DNA of 59,710 bases, filler included. It is 9 parts of 9 records of this genome, joined end to end, with 100 filler letters (N's around TTAATTAATTAA, not from the genome) between each part and the next. Parts side by side here need not be neighbours in the genome. Positions count along the whole stretch, not along the records: positions 7,230 to 13,259 come from SRR31156797_92319; positions 13,360 to 18,829 come from SRR31156797_92332; positions 18,930 to 24,168 come from SRR31156797_92384; 6 more parts are not named here. The stretch is one strand, 5' to 3'. Position numbers and translations under genes: made by a program. This document shows positions 9,863-19,987 of this stretch, one piece after another. How positions within the stretch are numbered: position 1 is the stretch's first letter; every line of letters starts with the position of its first letter. The notes under the pieces are model-generated. The model was given only the letters and a program-made list of their open reading frames with translations, made no database searches and was not told the origin of the DNA.

Positions 9863-12118
9863 TTATTTCGAAAGAATTTCCTCCAGCTTTTTAATCACTT
9901 CATCAACATTTTCTTTCGAAAAACAAAGTGGCGGTTTCGATTTTATCACATTGTCGAATGGCCCGTCGGTGCTGATTAAAACAAATTTTTCGCGTAATTC
10001 GTTTTTTACTTTTTGTGCAAGTTCGGTATCGGGTTCCAATGTCAGCCGGTTTTTTACAAATTCAAAACCAATAAAAAGTCCCGAGCCGCGAACATCGCCA
10101 ATGCATTCATGTTTTTGCTGAAGCTTGCGTAATTTCTGCAAATAATAATTACCAACGATTTTTGCATTTTGCTGCAATTGTTCTTCCTCCAAAACATTTA
10201 AAACGGCATTTCCGATGGCACACGAAACCGGATTTCCACCAAACGAACTAAAAAATTCCATGCCGTTATTAAATGCTTCTGCAATTTCGTCGGTACAGAT
10301 CACAGCTCCCATCGGATGACCATTTCCCATCGGTTTTCCAAGAATAACAATGTCGGGAACAACTTCCTGCACCTCATAACCCCAGAAAAAATCTCCTAAT
10401 CTGCCAAACCCGGTTTGTACTTCATCGGAAATGCAAACACCACCCTGATTCCTTATTTCAGCATAAATTTCCTTTAAATATCCTTTGGCAAGTGGAACCT
10501 GTCCGCCGCAACCAACAATTGGTTCAGCAATAAAAGCAGCAATTTTTTCTTTTGAATTCTGAATTTGCTGAATGGCATTTTTTGCGTAAGAAATTCCAGC
10601 ATTTTCAAAACGAAATTCGCCACGATAGACATCCGGAATTGGGAAGCAGATTGTATTTTCTGAAACGCCCATTCCACCTTTTCTACCAAATTTATAATGG
10701 CTGATTTCAATTCCCGCCGCCGTATTTCCATGGTAGCCGTGTTCAACAACTGCAATTTTTTGTTTCCCTGTAAAATTTCGTGCCAGGCGAAGCGCTAAAT
10801 CGGTAGCTGCACTTCCTGAATTTACCAGAAATACTTTGTTTAATGGTTTTGGAAAATAGTGCAAAAGACGGGTCGTGTATTCATTCAGGGAGTCGAATAA
10901 ATAACGTGTATTTGTGTTTAGTTTGGCCATTTGTTTTTGTCCGGCTTCCACTACTTTTGGGTGGGCATGTCCCACGTGCGGAATGTTGTTGTATGCATCT
11001 AAATAACTGTTGCCGTATTTGTCGAACATGTACTGAAATGCTGCACTTTCCATATAAACCGGTTTTTTGTAGCTCACCGAAAAAATGGAACTTACAGATG
11101 TAAATCGTTCATTTAACATATTTTCGATTGGATTTATTTCCCGAATTTTAAATCCGCAGGCTTTACAAAACTCGTTCCGGACAAAAACGGGATTGATTTT
11201 TATCCATTTCTTGAGAAGATTCCAAGCCGGTTTTTCACTGATTTGGATGTATTTATTTTCAGGGCGTTGAACTTTTTCATAAGCAGAATTACAAACGCTG
11301 GTGCAAAGCCGGGCAGCAATCAACCAGTATAAAATATCAATTTCCTTTTCTTCAATTGGTAGTTTTTTGTGATACTCAGAAATGATCGGAACAGCCCATT
11401 CAACAGGATTTTCTTTTTCCAGAATTGCGTAGGTAACTCCTATTGCCAGTTCGTTTATTAAGTGCGAATATGAAACATCACCAAAATCAATTATCCCTGA
11501 AACTTTGTTGTTTTGAACAAGTATATTCCAGTCGTTGGCGTCGCTGTGGATAATCTGTTTTCGCAGGCCGGGTAACACATGAAGTACCTTTTCTTTGTAT
11601 TGTTGAAAGAAATATGCAACTATTTTCCTATCGGAAGAATTTCGAATTTGATGAACATACTTTTCGTTTAACAGGAAATGCTGTAAATCCCATTTTTGCA
11701 GGCGGGCTTCAATAACATAATTTCTAAAAGATTGTAAATTCAAATCCATTTCAGCTAAAAATTCGCCGAGAGATTGAAAAAGTATTTTTTCGGGTTTGGT
11801 TTCAGCAAAAAAATCGCCTTCAAGAAAAGTAAGTAAACGAGCAATTTTTTTAGTGCCGCTTTCCGAAAAATGGCTTAAAAATTCTTTTTGGGGATTGAGA
11901 ATAGGGTTTGGAAAAAGGTTGTTTTTGTTTTGTTGAAGATGAAGTAAAATACCATTTTCAGCAGCAGCAAAATCAATGATTTGTTGTTCTTCCGAGTACA
12001 ATTTCAGAATAAATTTTCCTGTGTCTGATTTAATCAGGTAATTTTCACTGTCGTAGCCGGGTAACTTTTGAATTTTAGTGTTTTTGAGGTTGAAAATATC
12101 GGTCATTAATTTTTGCAT
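9863..12118 (-). CDS. Phosphotransferase (APH/hydroxylysine kinase-like) fused to a class-III PLP enzyme (phospho-lyase/aminotransferase)
   Basis: Kinase motifs [12 protein letters not shown] and GIIDFGD. PLP domain [37 protein letters not shown]. Confidence 0.9.
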   Translation of the reverse strand: MQKLMTDIFNLKNTKIQKLPGYDSENYLIKSDTGKFILKLYSEEQQIIDFAAAENGILLHLQQNKNNLFPNPILNPQKEFLSHFSESGTKKIARLLTFLEGDFFAETKPEKILFQSLGEFLAEMDLNLQSFRNYVIEARLQKWDLQHFLLNEKYVHQIRNSSDRKIVAYFFQQYKEKVLHVLPGLRKQIIHSDANDWNILVQNNKVSGIIDFGDVSYSHLINELAIGVTYAILEKENPVEWAVPIISEYHKKLPIEEKEIDILYWLIAARLCTSVCNSAYEKVQRPENKYIQISEKPAWNLLKKWIKINPVFVRNEFCKACGFKIREINPIENMLNERFTSVSSIFSVSYKKPVYMESAAFQYMFDKYGNSYLDAYNNIPHVGHAHPKVVEAGQKQMAKLNTNTRYLFDSLNEYTTRLLHYFPKPLNKVFLVNSGSAATDLALRLARNFTGKQKIAVVEHGYHGNTAAGIEISHYKFGRKGGMGVSENTICFPIPDVYRGEFRFENAGISYAKNAIQQIQNSKEKIAAFIAEPIVGCGGQVPLAKGYLKEIYAEIRNQGGVCISDEVQTGFGRLGDFFWGYEVQEVVPDIVILGKPMGNGHPMGAVICTDEIAEAFNNGMEFFSSFGGNPVSCAIGNAVLNVLEEEQLQQNAKIVGNYYLQKLRKLQQKHECIGDVRGSGLFIGFEFVKNRLTLEPDTELAQKVKNELREKFVLISTDGPFDNVIKSKPPLCFSKENVDEVIKKLEEILSK

Positions 12119-12122
12119 ATTA

Positions 12123-12130
12123 CAAATTTA
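12123..12130 (-). promoter_or_regulatory. Bacteroidota -7 promoter element (TAnnTTTG) just upstream of the kinase-PLP start codon
   Basis: The minus strand reads TAAATTTG-TAAT-ATG. Confidence 0.55.
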
Positions 12131-12144
12131 ATGAAGGAATTGGT

Positions 12145-12177
12145 AAAAAAAAGAGGCTGCTCTTACGGAACAACCTC
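12145..12177 (-). terminator. Rho-independent terminator after the tricorn-like protease gene
   Basis: Minus strand GAGGTTGTTC-CGTAA-GAGCAGCCTC stem (with G-U pairs) followed by a T run. Confidence 0.8.
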
Positions 12178-12184
12178 ATTTTTG

Positions 12185-13259
12185 TTATTTATTTTGAATG
12201 TCTTCTTCTATCCATCCTGAGCGATTTGGTGGCTCAGGAGTTTTAACTTTTTTCGTCGGATTTTCCTGCAATTGTTTCAGAAGAACCTCAACAGCTTTTT
12301 CAATTCCGGGGTCAATTCCTTTTGCCAATTGTTCAGGTCGGTCAACCACTTCAATATCGGGATAAACGCCAACTCCCTCGATTATCCACTCACCGTTTTC
12401 ATCGTAAATTCCAAAACGGGGAACCGAGAAACTACCACCATCTACAAATTGTGCATTCCCCGAAATTCCTACCAGACCGCCCCAGGTTCTTGTCCCGATA
12501 AGCTGCCCGAGACCTTTCTTTTTGAAATAGTATGGGAATGCATCGCCACCGGAGGAAGAGTATCCGTTTATGAGCATTACTTTTGGCCCGTCGTGCGCCA
12601 CTGCCGGTGTTTTCATAGGCGATAATCCGTTAACATTCCAGTAACTTAATGTTTTACGGTCGAGTAAATCGGCCATTACATCGGGAATGAAACCACCACC
12701 GTTATACCGGTCGTCGATAATTAACGCTTCTTTGTTGTGGTAAGCATACATTCCTTTGTGTAGTTCACGGTTTCCTTCGTAAGAAGTATTTGGAACATGG
12801 ATATATCCTATTTTTCCACCTGAAAGTTTATCGACAAGTGTGCGGCGCTCGTTTACCCAGTTAAAATACATTAAATCCAGTTCGCTGGTAATAGGTTTTA
12901 TTGTTGACGTTCGGACAACTGCTTTATTCGGTTCTGAATTTACCCCAATTTCAATGTGTTTACCAGCGGTGTTTTCAAGGAATTCGTAAGGATTATCGTT
13001 AGTTGTAATTTCGTGTCCGTTTATACTAATCAGATAATCACCTTCATTTACATTTACACCTTGTTCGGTAAGTGGCGAGCGTAACGATTCGTTCCAGTTC
13101 TGGCCTTTCAGTATTTTTTCTATTTTATAATATCCGGCTTTTTTGTCGGCCACGAGTTTTGCTCCAAGCAATCCACCTTCAACGCGTTTAGCTTTTTCAA
13201 AATCGCCCCAGTTTACATAAGAATGACCTGTGTTCGATTCAGAAACAATTTCACTAAAA
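12185..13259 (-). CDS. S41 tricorn-type protease, C-terminal part (PDZ + catalytic domain); 5' truncated
   Basis: Frame open to the contig edge (..NTGHSY..). IGYIHVP, IIDDRYNGGG, SSSGGDAFPY, GTRTWGG, IEGVGVYPDIEV. Confidence 0.92.
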
Positions 13260-13359
13260 NNNNNNNNNNNNNNNNNNNNNNNNNNNNNNNNNNNNNNNNN
13301 NNNTTAATTAATTAANNNNNNNNNNNNNNNNNNNNNNNNNNNNNNNNNNNNNNNNNNNN

Positions 13360-14559
13360 GATGTCTTACATGCCATCAATCGACCATCCATCTTGGCAGA
13401 TCTATACATAAATAGTATTTTCCTCCGGACACCGATGATTAAGACTTGGTTTTCGGCGAGTAGTGGTCCTGTGCCTACAGAGTTCAAGGCACCTGATTAT
13501 TTTCCGGAGCACCTCGGAACCTTCACGGCCCCAATATTCCGCACAAAGTTTGAGCAGTTAGAGCGTATAACTGGATTACCCTTTATGCGCCAGTGGGAAT
13601 GGGAGTGGCAATGTTTAGCTGAACGTTATGGGTACTGGCAGTCTTCACTCTCTCATTTTATTAATGGCCGCGAAGAGGTTGTGTCCGATTTCGAGGCCAG
13701 AACGAGCGCCATTTATCTCTCTTCATACCTTCGAACACTCCATTTTGCTATTGAAAAGTGGGAAATGCCTCTGGACCGCGCTGAAGACTTGGCGCTTCGA
13801 GCCGCCCCTGCCAACATCGCCTTCTCGAAAATAATGCCTAGAGGTCGATTGGCTGGTTGGCCCAATGCAGACACCGATGAGAAGGCAGACAAATTAGCAT
13901 CGGCGGTAGGTCTCGAAGAAGCTTTGACAGACTTCGCCAGAACCGAAAAGGATGAAATAGTGGTGGCCGCATCCGCCCCAATCTATAAATCACCGCTCCG
14001 CTTGTTAGAAATGCGTATAATGTCCGGCTGGGCTCCACCGAGCTACAAGGCACAGGCCGAAGTACTTTTTGATCAAATGTATTTTCCTATGAAAAGCGTT
14101 TTCCGTCTTGGGATACCTGACAAACTAATGCCGGAGTCCTCATCTAATTCCCAGTATAATTCCGAATCTCTATTACCGTCAGTAGTCTGGCCGCCAGATC
14201 CTTGGCCGCGTTGGCACAGTGACATTTTCTTCCGAGGTTTTTTCCTGCCAGCACCATTTATGTTCGACGAGGCACTTAGTATCGAAATTCTACCTAATGA
14301 AGTAAAATTTTTGTCTGCAGGACAGACCGTGAGCCGTTGGTATTATTGGTACGAGAAATGGTCGCTGAGTCACCCGAATGCTGCCAGTTCTGCTGCGGGC
14401 ACTGTGTTGTGGATAAACAGAGATTTTTTAAAAACATATATGGCTAAGAGTGGTATGCAATTTCATCGTTCGGTCTGTCTTCGCAAGTTATTCCGAAATG
14501 AATACTATGGGTCATACAATCATGAAGATTTGCATCACAGTGTCCCATCGGACTTATAA
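13360..14559 (+). CDS. Hypothetical protein, C-terminal part of a larger 5'-truncated protein
   Basis: Frame is open from the first contig base (DVLHAINRPSILADLY..). About 400 codons, Trp-rich, no recognisable catalytic motif. Confidence 0.7.
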   Translation, partial: DVLHAINRPSILADLYINSIFLRTPMIKTWFSASSGPVPTEFKAPDYFPEHLGTFTAPIFRTKFEQLERITGLPFMRQWEWEWQCLAERYGYWQSSLSHFINGREEVVSDFEARTSAIYLSSYLRTLHFAIEKWEMPLDRAEDLALRAAPANIAFSKIMPRGRLAGWPNADTDEKADKLASAVGLEEALTDFARTEKDEIVVAASAPIYKSPLRLLEMRIMSGWAPPSYKAQAEVLFDQMYFPMKSVFRLGIPDKLMPESSSNSQYNSESLLPSVVWPPDPWPRWHSDIFFRGFFLPAPFMFDEALSIEILPNEVKFLSAGQTVSRWYYWYEKWSLSHPNAASSAAGTVLWINRDFLKTYMAKSGMQFHRSVCLRKLFRNEYYGSYNHEDLHHSVPSDL

Positions 14560-14759
14560 ATCAATGCAATTTAATTTGGGCATTCATTTTTATAAATTGC
14601 ATAGCTTCAAGGAATAATTCGGCATGCAGCCAGATTAAAATTATGCAAGTTAGGATAGCCTACGACAACCCGATAATTTACTTTTTTTAATCGCCAGCTC
14701 TTGGCTGCTTTTAAAAGGCGCATCAAGGCCTCATTGAAATACATCCTCTATTCTGGAAA

Positions 14760-15440
14760 TTACTTGATAAATCTGACCGTCCCCAACGCCTTTGCCGTTA
14801 TGCTTTTAGTGCTTATTTCATCAACGGTCTTAAATCCCGCAACAGCCGGAACCACATTGGCAAAAGCAAAAATACAGTGCTTGCTGTCCGGATTCAGGAT
14901 GCCCACCAGCCGCATTACAACCATCCCAATGGATGGCTCTTCATACTGGGCCCATACTTCAACACCGTCACTCTTGCCGTACTTGCCCGTCCTCGTCCCT
15001 ATTACCTTCGCTTTTTGCTTACCCTTCAAGGCCATTGGCAAACCTTGCTTGTTTAACAGCGCGGCTACCGCCTTCAGCCTTGCCTCTGTTTCAGCCATGG
15101 CTATGGTCATATGAGTAAACCTTAAATTTTCAATAAGTTTCTTTTCTTTTGTCGCAAAACTTATTTTTATATATTCTTTAATTTTGTCCGATGGGAACGC
15201 GGCGAAAATCAATACATCGTCGCTCTTGGGCACTATGAATTCAAAAGCCGCTGGAACGGCAATCCCGTATTTTTTGGCATATGCATCGTCTATTTTTACC
15301 TTGGTCCCGACTACCGCGCCTTTTACAGTAAAAGGTTGAAATTTAACCTTGCCTCCAGACTTGTCGTCGGCTGAAACGGTCAAAGCAAAAAGCAAAATTG
15401 ATAAAAAGACGCCTGTCACCGCAAAAGACTTGTTTTTCAT
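14760..15440 (-). CDS. Secreted/periplasmic hypothetical protein
   Basis: AGGAGG RBS before the ATG at 15440; signal peptide MKNKSFAVTGVFLSILLFALTVSA. Confidence 0.8.
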   Translation of the reverse strand: MKNKSFAVTGVFLSILLFALTVSADDKSGGKVKFQPFTVKGAVVGTKVKIDDAYAKKYGIAVPAAFEFIVPKSDDVLIFAAFPSDKIKEYIKISFATKEKKLIENLRFTHMTIAMAETEARLKAVAALLNKQGLPMALKGKQKAKVIGTRTGKYGKSDGVEVWAQYEEPSIGMVVMRLVGILNPDSKHCIFAFANVVPAVAGFKTVDEISTKSITAKALGTVRFIK

Positions 15441-15843
15441 ATATAATCCTCCTGGAGCCCAATATTGAACTGACTCTGCTCCATTAATATTCATGGGTTA
15501 TTATAACAGGTATACATACCGGATTCAGGTTACATTTTTGATTTTCTTCAAGAGCGCCATAATCCTTGCTATAAAGAAAGTTAATTCCTTCCTGCTTAGT
15601 ACTAGTTTTGTTTTCAATGCAATATTACAATCCATCCCCAAATAAGAGATATGGCCCAAGGTTAAAAAAGAAGGAAATGTCGCCCGGAGGAATATAAAAT
15701 TATTCTTCGCGAAGGGAAAAACAATAACATATCCGCGACATGCGGATTGTTACACTTTTTTTGGGGATTGGATTTTATTTCCGCGGCAGAAATTGAGCAG
15801 TAGAATTAATTTGGGTAAGTTTGCCTATGTATAAGATGGCATT

Positions 15844-16089
15844 TTAACTTTTTTTCAAATCGAAATTGGATATACAGCCAAATACCAAGGGAACCTTTCT
15901 ACGCTCCGGATTAACAGATATGGCGCCCGCCGGGCATTCCAGCTCACACTGAAAACAAGTTTGACAATCTTCTTTATAAACTGCGACGGAAATCCGCGAT
16001 TCATGATCTATACGAAACACATCCATGGGACATATCTCCTCACAAAGTCCGCAGCCGACACACTTATGACTATCAATCAATTCAATCAT
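15844..16089 (-). CDS. 2x[4Fe-4S] ferredoxin (AprB-like small subunit)
   Basis: CVGCGLCEEICP and CQTCFQCELECP. Confidence 0.92.
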   Translation of the reverse strand: MIELIDSHKCVGCGLCEEICPMDVFRIDHESRISVAVYKEDCQTCFQCELECPAGAISVNPERRKVPLVFGCISNFDLKKS

Positions 16090-16104
16090 GTTCCCTTACT
16101 TACT

Positions 16105-17820
16105 TTACGACTTGACCAGATAGTCATCCAGAGGCACATCCTCATATGATATCGCGGGGTTGCCGTTAGAGCCCTTTTCCAGGTTTATCCATTTAAGCCA
16201 TTGCCGGTTATCTGTTTCAGGATAATCCGCACGATAGTGATCGCCGCGCGTCTCCTTCCTCGTCAATGAAGCTGACAGATAAAGCTCACCAGTGACTATC
16301 ATCCCGGCAACCTCATGAACCTTTACCAAATCATGTGAATTGTCAGCGCTCATTTCAGGCGCCGCGTTTTCACCAAGGTCTTGAACCCCTCTCAAAGCAG
16401 ACTCCAAAGCCGGTGCGCTTTTCTTTAAAGACGTCCGGTACGGGAATATTAGATTCTGAAGCGCTTCCAAAATACTGTCCGCTTTATATCCAGACGATTT
16501 TGTCATGGGCAGTAAGGCCTTGGAACATAAATCCCGAACCTCGCTTCTTCGAGGCTCAATGCCGTCAGCATCATTTAAAAACCTGGCTGCTGTTTCACCT
16601 GCTTGACGGCCCGACCACATTGCCCTGAGAGTCGAAAATCCGTTTACTCCGATCGGGTCCAACGATTGAGCGACTCCGGCTGGAAACAAACCGAACACAT
16701 CACAAGAACCATCCAGTTCAGTTCGCACGCCGCCGCGTATTGTCCTGATAAGTGGAGACCAAACCTGCGGGACCTGGAGGATTTCAAAACCGTTCCGTTC
16801 AACAGCAGTAAATATCTGGCGCATATAACCAGACATATTTTTCATGTACACCCGGCTCAGGATCATTCGCCATAGTCGTCCGCTCATGTCAAAATGAAAT
16901 GGAGGGCCATTTCCCTTATCAGCCTCGTCGGCCATGGCCTGTGCGATTCGGAATGGTTCCGCCCTATCTCCAAGGGGCGAGTAATTCTTCATGAATACCT
17001 CGCCTTTTGCATTGTGAAATCGACATCCGTAAACCGCCGCGATATCTGCAAAAGCCTCGAAGGAAAGATCGGGGGATCCTGTATTACTGCCGAGAAATTC
17101 CATATTAGTGAGGCGCGCCCCTGCGTTATATGCCAAGCGGAATCCATCGCCCGTGGCTTGGCCAATGCAGCCAGTATTACGGAAACTACAATCCGCGGTT
17201 GCCAAAACTATCGCCCGGGATTCAAACACGATTATCTTCCCTGATAACCTGTGTATACCAATAGCTCCGGCAACTCTGTCATCCCTCATCAGAAGGTCGG
17301 TGATCATTACCTTGGAATAAAGGCGGTATTCGCCGCCCTGGATACGCTCTTTCATCGGTCCGACCAAAGCCGCGCCGCCGCTCAAGTTCTTGTACCGAGC
17401 CATGGCCCTCATCTTCAGGCGCCGGGTTCCGCCTACGGGCAGCCTGGTCGATCCCCAAGGCATTCGTTTGTACCAGAGTCCCCATGATTTTAATCTTTTT
17501 AGTATTCTTTCCGATTCAGACAACATATCCGACAACATGTCCTGACGACTCAACAACGACTGCATATGCACCAATTCGGCCAGCCACTTGTCAGCGTTGT
17601 CCCGCCTTTCGCAGTAAATAGTCGCTCCGGCGCACATCTTGGATTGGCTGGAGTCGGCAATTGACCCCTTATCCACCATAACCACATCGCGCACACCTTT
17701 TTCACGGGCCATTATGGCAGCCCACATGCCGGCCAATCCTGTGCCGATCACAAGCAGATCGGTCTTGACTTTTTCAAGACCGTCTATGCCCCTGACAGGC
17801 TGACGCCCTTTCCCATTCAT
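16105..17820 (-). CDS. FAD-dependent flavoprotein of the SdhA/FrdA/AprA/NadB superfamily, substrate unknown
   Basis: LLVIGTGLAG, IVLAT, TGDG..AYNAGA.L.NMEF, and C-terminal RKETRGDHYRADYPETDN. Confidence 0.85.
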   Translation of the reverse strand: MNGKGRQPVRGIDGLEKVKTDLLVIGTGLAGMWAAIMAREKGVRDVVMVDKGSIADSSQSKMCAGATIYCERRDNADKWLAELVHMQSLLSRQDMLSDMLSESERILKRLKSWGLWYKRMPWGSTRLPVGGTRRLKMRAMARYKNLSGGAALVGPMKERIQGGEYRLYSKVMITDLLMRDDRVAGAIGIHRLSGKIIVFESRAIVLATADCSFRNTGCIGQATGDGFRLAYNAGARLTNMEFLGSNTGSPDLSFEAFADIAAVYGCRFHNAKGEVFMKNYSPLGDRAEPFRIAQAMADEADKGNGPPFHFDMSGRLWRMILSRVYMKNMSGYMRQIFTAVERNGFEILQVPQVWSPLIRTIRGGVRTELDGSCDVFGLFPAGVAQSLDPIGVNGFSTLRAMWSGRQAGETAARFLNDADGIEPRRSEVRDLCSKALLPMTKSSGYKADSILEALQNLIFPYRTSLKKSAPALESALRGVQDLGENAAPEMSADNSHDLVKVHEVAGMIVTGELYLSASLTRKETRGDHYRADYPETDNRQWLKWINLEKGSNGNPAISYEDVPLDDYLVKS

Positions 17821-18311
17821 TCTTCCGACCTGTCGCTCATTTCAAAGACCAGGGTGCACGTTTTGTCTCCCCCGGAAAGAAACGATGGATGACTGTGTAC
17901 TAAAGCAGGGGAGATGGCCCGCCCCAGGGCCGTGAAAGTCGGGAAGCTCATAACCTGCTCACAAAATCTGCGCGAGACAAACCTTGCCGCCGGGCAGCTT
18001 TTTTCGATCCTGACACACCTAAAAGGAGACATTTCAACGATCTCGCCCTTAACCCCGGAAAGTGAATGTATGTATGTCAGAACCTTGATCGCAGCCTCGG
18101 CGTCGGCTTGTTCCACGTTCAGCAACCTCATTATCTTCTTTAATTCATAATCTCTGAAGTAAATGATAAAAACTTCGGTTATGCTTTCATACCGTCCGAA
18201 GGCGTACATCGCCAGCAGGCAGGGTATGACCAATAACCGCTGACCCCAGAAATATAGTCGCTCTATCAAAGGAATATCGTAAGAGCCTTCTTTCATAATT
18301 CTTTCAGTCAT
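17817..18311 (-). CDS. Small Cys-containing protein, possibly V4R/ATC-hydrolase-like ligand-binding fold
   Basis: 'CVRIEKSCP..FCE..GGDKTCTLVFE' Cys pattern. ATGA overlap with the flavoprotein start. Start codon uncertain (18311 or 18296). Confidence 0.6.
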   Translation of the reverse strand: MTERIMKEGSYDIPLIERLYFWGQRLLVIPCLLAMYAFGRYESITEVFIIYFRDYELKKIMRLLNVEQADAEAAIKVLTYIHSLSGVKGEIVEMSPFRCVRIEKSCPAARFVSRRFCEQVMSFPTFTALGRAISPALVHSHPSFLSGGDKTCTLVFEMSDRSEE

Positions 18312-18319
18312 AAAATACT

Positions 18320-18829
18320 CTATATAATCCCAATCCTTGACAACCACCGTGTCGGCCGGATTACAAACAAGTCCAGCAATGCCGGCGGCATTTTGAAAAG
18401 GCTTTTTAGTTCTACAAGTTCAATAACCGAGCCGTTATGATCCGCGACATAAGCCAGCGAACCCCGAGGCCCGAAACCCCAATCAAATTGAGTAGGCGGG
18501 ACCAAGGATTTCGCCCCGTAATTCAGTGCCTGCTCGTACGCTGCGCCGATGTCATTGACGTCAAAAGCGATCTCCGTCAACCCCGGATCGCCGAAACGTC
18601 GCCCTTTGAAAATTCCGGGCCTATTTTTACAATCGCAGTGAAAAAGCTTGATTAAGCCTCCATCCAGTGAGGAAAGCCGAGACGTGGAGCCTTTACTCCT
18701 GGCCAGCAGTATAGCTTGCACGGGCCCGGGCGACGGCATGACCTTATTGATTATTTCACTTTCCATAATCAATCGGTCCGCCTGGCAGTCATATCCGAAT
18801 GCCCCTCCATACAAGTCGCAAGACATTTC
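18320..18829 (-). CDS. VOC/glyoxalase family protein, 5' truncated
   Basis: GDPGLTEIAFDVNDIGAAYE and AYVADHNGSVIELVE, typical of a VOC domain. Confidence 0.8.
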   Translation of the reverse strand, partial: EMSCDLYGGAFGYDCQADRLIMESEIINKVMPSPGPVQAILLARSKGSTSRLSSLDGGLIKLFHCDCKNRPGIFKGRRFGDPGLTEIAFDVNDIGAAYEQALNYGAKSLVPPTQFDWGFGPRGSLAYVADHNGSVIELVELKSLFKMPPALLDLFVIRPTRWLSRIGII

Positions 18830-19086
18830 NNNNNNNNNNNNNNNNNNNNNNNNNNNNNNNNNNNNNNNNNNNNTTAATTAATTAANNNNNNNNNNNNNNN
18901 NNNNNNNNNNNNNNNNNNNNNNNNNNNNNGCGCATCGACCCCCGGGTTCATCGATCCGAAACTGCCGCCGGCGGGGCGCTATGCCCTGACTTGAACGATC
19001 AAAAATGTTTAATGCGTTGCTTCCCGCCGGAGCGTAAGCTGGCGGATACCCAAACTCGTCCAAGAAAAACAATTAGGATCAGCTAA

Positions 19087-19971
19087 TTGAGACCCGTGCA
19101 TATCGCTGTCGCAATCGCCGTCCCGGTTATATGGGGGTTGGGTTTCACCCTTGCGAAGATCGGACTGGTCAGCATCCCGCCGATGTTTCTGATGGGAATG
19201 CGTTATGCGTTGACTGCTGCCGTTCTGATCTGGTTCGTCAAGATTCCAAAGGAAATGCTGGGGCGCATCTTTTGGCTAGCCGTCATCAGCGGCACGGTTC
19301 CTTATGGTTTTGTCTTCAGCGGTTTAAGAGACCTCTACGCGTCGACGGCCATTCTGGTGGTGCAGTTGCAGATCCCGTTCCTGGCCATTCTCGGGGTCGT
19401 GATTCTGAAAGAAAAGCCGAGTCTGCGGCAAATCCTGGGGATGGTCCTGGCCTTCTGCGGGGTTGTCGTGATTACCGGCGAACCGCGCATTCAGGACAAT
19501 CTGTTGCCGGTGTTCCTGGTTATTATCGGTGGCCTGGTTTGGGCTTTTGGTCAGGTGATGATCCGGAAAATCGGATGTTACGTCACCGGCATGCAGCTTC
19601 TGGCCTGGGTGGCGGGCTTTGCCGCACCGCAGTTGGTCATCTCTTCTTTCATTCTTGAAGAAGGACAGTTCGACGCGTTGGCCGCAGCCGGATTGAAGGA
19701 ATGGGCCGTCATTCTGTATGTCGGGCTGATCATGACGGCATTTGCCTATTCCATCTGGTATTGGCTTTTGTCTCAATGTGAGATCACGCGGGTCGCTCCC
19801 TATATGTTGTTGAATCCCCTGTCCACCGTCTTTTTCAGCGTCTTGATTCTGGGCGAGGATATGACTTTGACGATCCTATTCGGTGGCCTAATTGTGCTCG
19901 CAGGTATCGGTGTCATGACCATTGAGCGCCGACGGTCCGCCCCTCCAACCGGCGACATTCCGGCAGAATAG
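19087..19971 (+). CDS. EamA/DMT family transporter
   Basis: About 10 hydrophobic segments; IWGLGF, ILKEKPS, LILGE motifs. Confidence 0.9.
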   Translation: MRPVHIAVAIAVPVIWGLGFTLAKIGLVSIPPMFLMGMRYALTAAVLIWFVKIPKEMLGRIFWLAVISGTVPYGFVFSGLRDLYASTAILVVQLQIPFLAILGVVILKEKPSLRQILGMVLAFCGVVVITGEPRIQDNLLPVFLVIIGGLVWAFGQVMIRKIGCYVTGMQLLAWVAGFAAPQLVISSFILEEGQFDALAAAGLKEWAVILYVGLIMTAFAYSIWYWLLSQCEITRVAPYMLLNPLSTVFFSVLILGEDMTLTILFGGLIVLAGIGVMTIERRRSAPPTGDIPAE

Positions 19972-19987
19972 TCTCAGATGAGTTGAT

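Noticed and set aside
16105-17820. Calling the flavoprotein sdhA, frdA, aprA or nadB
   Set aside because: The diagnostic Sdh/Frd/NadB catalytic motifs are missing and there is no sat/qmo or membrane-anchor context.
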